Source of the DNA: an uncultured bacterium
GTDB taxonomy: Bacteria > Patescibacteriota > Minisyncoccia > UBA6257 > 2-01-FULL-56-20
Assembly (NCBI GenBank): GCA_963718575.1
Contig: OY970358.1
Span: 386,172 to 450,171 of the forward strand
DNA length: 64,000 nucleotides
Direction: 5' to 3'
The notes under the pieces were generated by a model. That model saw only the letters and a list, made by a program, of their open reading frames with translations, made no database searches and was not told where the DNA came from. Positions within the stretch are counted from its first letter, which is position 1, and every line of letters starts with the position of its first letter. The translations under genes were made by a program, and so were the position numbers. Of the stretch, positions 61,291 through 64,000 are shown piece after piece.

Positions 61291-62196
61291 TCATATCCCG
61301 ATCCATCCATCCGGCAAAAGATCTCCTGCACCCGCCGGATCGTTATTGGTCCATTTTTTTGGGGCAACAACTACTTTGTCTTTGTGAGTGGCAAGCCACG
61401 CTCCCCACCATGCAAACGAGCTGTTTGGGATGATGAAGTGCTTGCACAAACTCATCAAGTGCAGTGCGTCGCGGAATTCGACGCCATAGTATTCGTCACC
61501 GATAAAAATATGCTTACCGTCGATCTTCATGTTCTCACGACACCACTCGATCTCGTCTGAGATCACATAGAACACCGCGCCATCCCCCGCTTTTTTTTTC
61601 ATGAGCGCGACCGCCGCCTCATAGAAGGCTGGGGTGACCACATTATGAACCGCGCCGATCACCGGATCGCGGACGATCTCCTGTCGCCGCACGTTGAGGC
61701 ATACCGCATTCGTTCCCTTTATCCGTTCCGCAAGTGCGACTTTTTCCCCATCCAACGGATTGCGGAAAGAAAAATCGCTGCGGATATCCCGCTCGAAATC
61801 CTTGAAATATTTTTCCGTCTGCCAATCGCCGTCAAGGTAGATATTCCCTTGGGCGCTCGCGACTGCAGGCTCAAAAAGATACGAGTGTTTTTCTTTTATA
61901 TAGCGCCAGTATCCCGCCTTTCCCAGCGCACGCGGATAATATTTATTGAACACTTTTGCAAAGTACGGAATGCTAAGCTTGCTTTCTATCATTGCGGGAA
62001 GATTGAACGTCGGATCAATCGCGAAAACAGTGCTCAGCGCATAATTCCTGAATGTGTAATGCTTCCACGGCGTGCGGTCAAAAACGGGGGCCGGATCGAT
62101 CCGCAACCCGTCACCATTCCGTAAAGAAAGCGCGCGCGCCATCGCATACTGGAACATCTGATTGCCAAGCCCTCCGTGAATTTTAACCGTTATCAT
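61291..62196 (-). CDS. alpha-1,2-fucosyltransferase (GT11)
   Basis: The N-terminus IHGGLGNQMFQYA is the GT11 hallmark. The C-terminal motifs are HIRRGDY-like and SDD-like. Confidence 0.75.
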   Translation of the reverse strand: MITVKIHGGLGNQMFQYAMARALSLRNGDGLRIDPAPVFDRTPWKHYTFRNYALSTVFAIDPTFNLPAMIESKLSIPYFAKVFNKYYPRALGKAGYWRYIKEKHSYLFEPAVASAQGNIYLDGDWQTEKYFKDFERDIRSDFSFRNPLDGEKVALAERIKGTNAVCLNVRRQEIVRDPVIGAVHNVVTPAFYEAAVALMKKKAGDGAVFYVISDEIEWCRENMKIDGKHIFIGDEYYGVEFRDALHLMSLCKHFIIPNSSFAWWGAWLATHKDKVVVAPKKWTNNDPAGAGDLLPDGWIGI

Positions 62197-62212
62197 AAAA
62201 ATGGATGATGGC

Positions 62213-63445
62213 TCAGACCACGCGCACCACAGGTGCCGGGATAATGAATTTCACGCCTTTTTGCCGGAGTGCTTCTTCCTTCTTTAATATCGCATCGGCA
62301 TAGTTCCATGCAAGCAGCAATACATCATCAGGCGGATCTTGAAGAAGTCTCTCTGGTGAAACGATCGGAATATGCATGCCGGGAGAATACATTCCCTGTT
62401 TAAGCGGTGTCGTGTCGGTAATAAATTTCAGAACATCGGGGCCTATCTCGAAATAGTTCAAAAGCGTATTCCCTTTTGCCGGTGCGCCATATCCGGCGAT
62501 CTTCTTGCCTTGCGCCTTAAGACTCCGCAAGAGCTCCGACAACTCTTTTTTATTCTTTGCCACTTTTTCCGAAAATGCCAGGAATGCGGCTTCGGTGGTA
62601 AGCCCCATTTTTTCTTCCCGTTTTAAAAACTCCTTTGCACGGTCGGTTAAGGGACGATTCCTTGAAATATACACCCGCATGGATTCTCCGTGTATGGGAA
62701 GGATCTCGATATCGAATGTCTCAAGTCCAAGCGGTTGGATAAGCGTCCGGAGGGCGTGGAGCGAATAATAGAAAAGATGCTCGTGATAGATCTGATCGAA
62801 TCCTCCGCCGCCGATCAGGTTGCCGACCCAGTGCACTTCCATCACAAAAACCCCGTCTTCGCCGATGAGCGTGTGCACCCCCCTGAACACATCCTTGATC
62901 GTCGGGATGTGCGCCATGACGTTATTGGCCACCGCAACCTTTGCAGTGCCATATTTTTTAACGATCTCCATTGCAATGTCTGATCCAAAGAACGCATTGA
63001 GCGTCGGAACGCCTTTTGCCTCCGAGAGTTTTGCCACATTTGTCGCCGGATCCACATTCAAAACGCGACACATATCTTTTGCGGCATTGAGCAATACCGC
63101 ATCATTGCCCCCGATCTCAACCATAAGCTCATCCTTATTTCTGATAAATTGCTGAATAAGCTCGTGCGCCATTTCCTCGAAATGTTTTATGAGCGGCGCG
63201 CTCGCTGATGTAAGATAGTCGTAATCCCTGAAAAGGATCGCGGGATCGACTTCGTCGAGCAATTGTACGAGGCCGCAGGAGCGGCAAAAATACACGACGA
63301 GCGGCGCTTTTATCTCCGGCCGGTCAAGCTCTTCCTTCTTTAGAAACGCATTCGCGAGCGCCATCGTACCAAGATCCAGAATCTTCACAAGATCCCTGCC
63401 CCCGCAACTGTGACATTCCTTTTTGTGCGTATAAAAATTATTCAT
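62213..63445 (-). CDS. SAM-dependent sugar C-methyltransferase with an N-terminal zinc ribbon (TylC3/TcaB9-like)
   Basis: CHSCGGRDL...CRSCGLVQL is a Methyltransf_13-type zinc finger, followed by a class I MTase core (VEIGGNDA). Confidence 0.65.
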   Translation of the reverse strand: MNNFYTHKKECHSCGGRDLVKILDLGTMALANAFLKKEELDRPEIKAPLVVYFCRSCGLVQLLDEVDPAILFRDYDYLTSASAPLIKHFEEMAHELIQQFIRNKDELMVEIGGNDAVLLNAAKDMCRVLNVDPATNVAKLSEAKGVPTLNAFFGSDIAMEIVKKYGTAKVAVANNVMAHIPTIKDVFRGVHTLIGEDGVFVMEVHWVGNLIGGGGFDQIYHEHLFYYSLHALRTLIQPLGLETFDIEILPIHGESMRVYISRNRPLTDRAKEFLKREEKMGLTTEAAFLAFSEKVAKNKKELSELLRSLKAQGKKIAGYGAPAKGNTLLNYFEIGPDVLKFITDTTPLKQGMYSPGMHIPIVSPERLLQDPPDDVLLLAWNYADAILKKEEALRQKGVKFIIPAPVVRVV

Positions 63446-63560
63446 GTAATAAAGGATAGCCTAAATTTCCATTCGTGCATACTGACCGCGTTTATTCCCG
63501 GGCGCGCCTATGGGAAAAAACGCGGCACAACCCCGCTGGGAAGCGATTTATAACGACCCA

Positions 63561-64000
63561 TCACCATTCTTTTGTTAAATATTCCTTAAGCGCCCGTTGC
63601 CATGGCCGCATTAAACCAATACGCGACGAAAGGCTTTGATTTTTTGTAATCTCCATGGATAAATCAAACGAAGATGACATTGCGCTTTCGACAGGAATTG
63701 TCGATGCAAGGGTCTCCGCAATGTATTTTGCGACTTCGTAACGGGACGCCACGCCTTCGTTCGCGATGTGCACGATACCTTTTTCATCACCCAATAATAA
63801 CTTTTTCAACGAGGCCATGATATCTTTCCCGTACGTTGGCATGCCGATCTCGTCGCTTGTTCCTTTAAGCACTTTTGTTTGAGGATCCCGCAATTTCCCC
63901 ACAATTTTGCCGACGAATTTTTTATCATTTTCCGCGCCGCCGCCAAAGACCCAGCAGGTACGAACGATGACATAATTTTCAAGCAATCCGCTTACCGCAA
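63561..64000 (-). CDS. dTDP-4-dehydrorhamnose reductase-like (RmlD family), partial; runs off the window end
   Basis: The C-terminal region with YVIVRTCWVFG is typical of RmlD. The ORF is open to the window edge. Confidence 0.5.
   Translation of the reverse strand, partial: AVSGLLENYVIVRTCWVFGGGAENDKKFVGKIVGKLRDPQTKVLKGTSDEIGMPTYGKDIMASLKKLLLGDEKGIVHIANEGVASRYEVAKYIAETLASTIPVESAMSSSFDLSMEITKNQSLSSRIGLMRPWQRALKEYLTKEW

Overview
This 64-kb window looks like a small-genome, Gram-positive-like bacterium (sortase/LPXTG surface protein, CIRCE-regulated groESL, many small hypothetical and membrane proteins), possibly a Patescibacteria/CPR-type lineage. Coding is dense throughout. The central finding is a complete diversity-generating retroelement (DGR) at about 3.3-5.9 kb. 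It comprises a reverse transcriptase with the DGR-specific LGxxxSQ motif, an Avd-like four-helix-bundle accessory gene oriented divergently from the RT, and a 133-bp template repeat (TR, 4778..4910). The TR is rich in AAC codons on the coding strand. The matching variable repeat (VR, 5309..5441) forms the 3' end of a 210-aa target gene and differs from the TR at 16 positions, all of them TR adenines. The DGR sits beside phage-like genes (two DNA methyltransferases, one fused to a ParB domain, and a small HTH protein), a (TC)21 microsatellite and a perfect palindrome. The rest of the window holds a PAS-protein/ECF sigma/PAS-protein module and two paralogous DUF3494 (ice-binding-like) secreted proteins; one has a C-terminal peptidoglycan-binding domain, the other DUF11 repeats and an LPNTG anchor, followed by a sortase. 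Next come a phospholipase D-family protein, dus, mscL with an extra C-terminal zinc ribbon, an ABC exporter and rpsR-nusG-secE, then a gyrB gene interrupted by five single-nucleotide frameshifts that together restore the reading frame. Also present are secreted S53 and M13 peptidases and a flavinylation module (an FMN-binding protein with an SGAT motif, the flavin transferase ApbE, and a membrane oxidoreductase with an FNR-like FAD/NAD(P)-binding domain). Further features include engB, fur, tRNA-Ser(GGA), a DUF4258/DUF2283 pair, htpX, lemA with a 134-bp imperfect palindrome over its 3' end, CIRCE-groES-groEL, a frameshifted trxB, and a roughly 20-kb surface-glycan island from 43.6 kb to the window end. 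The island carries GT4, GT2 and GT11 glycosyltransferases, GDP-heptose pathway enzymes, a flippase, C- and FkbM-type methyltransferases and a partial rmlD-like gene. No rRNA or CRISPR array was seen.
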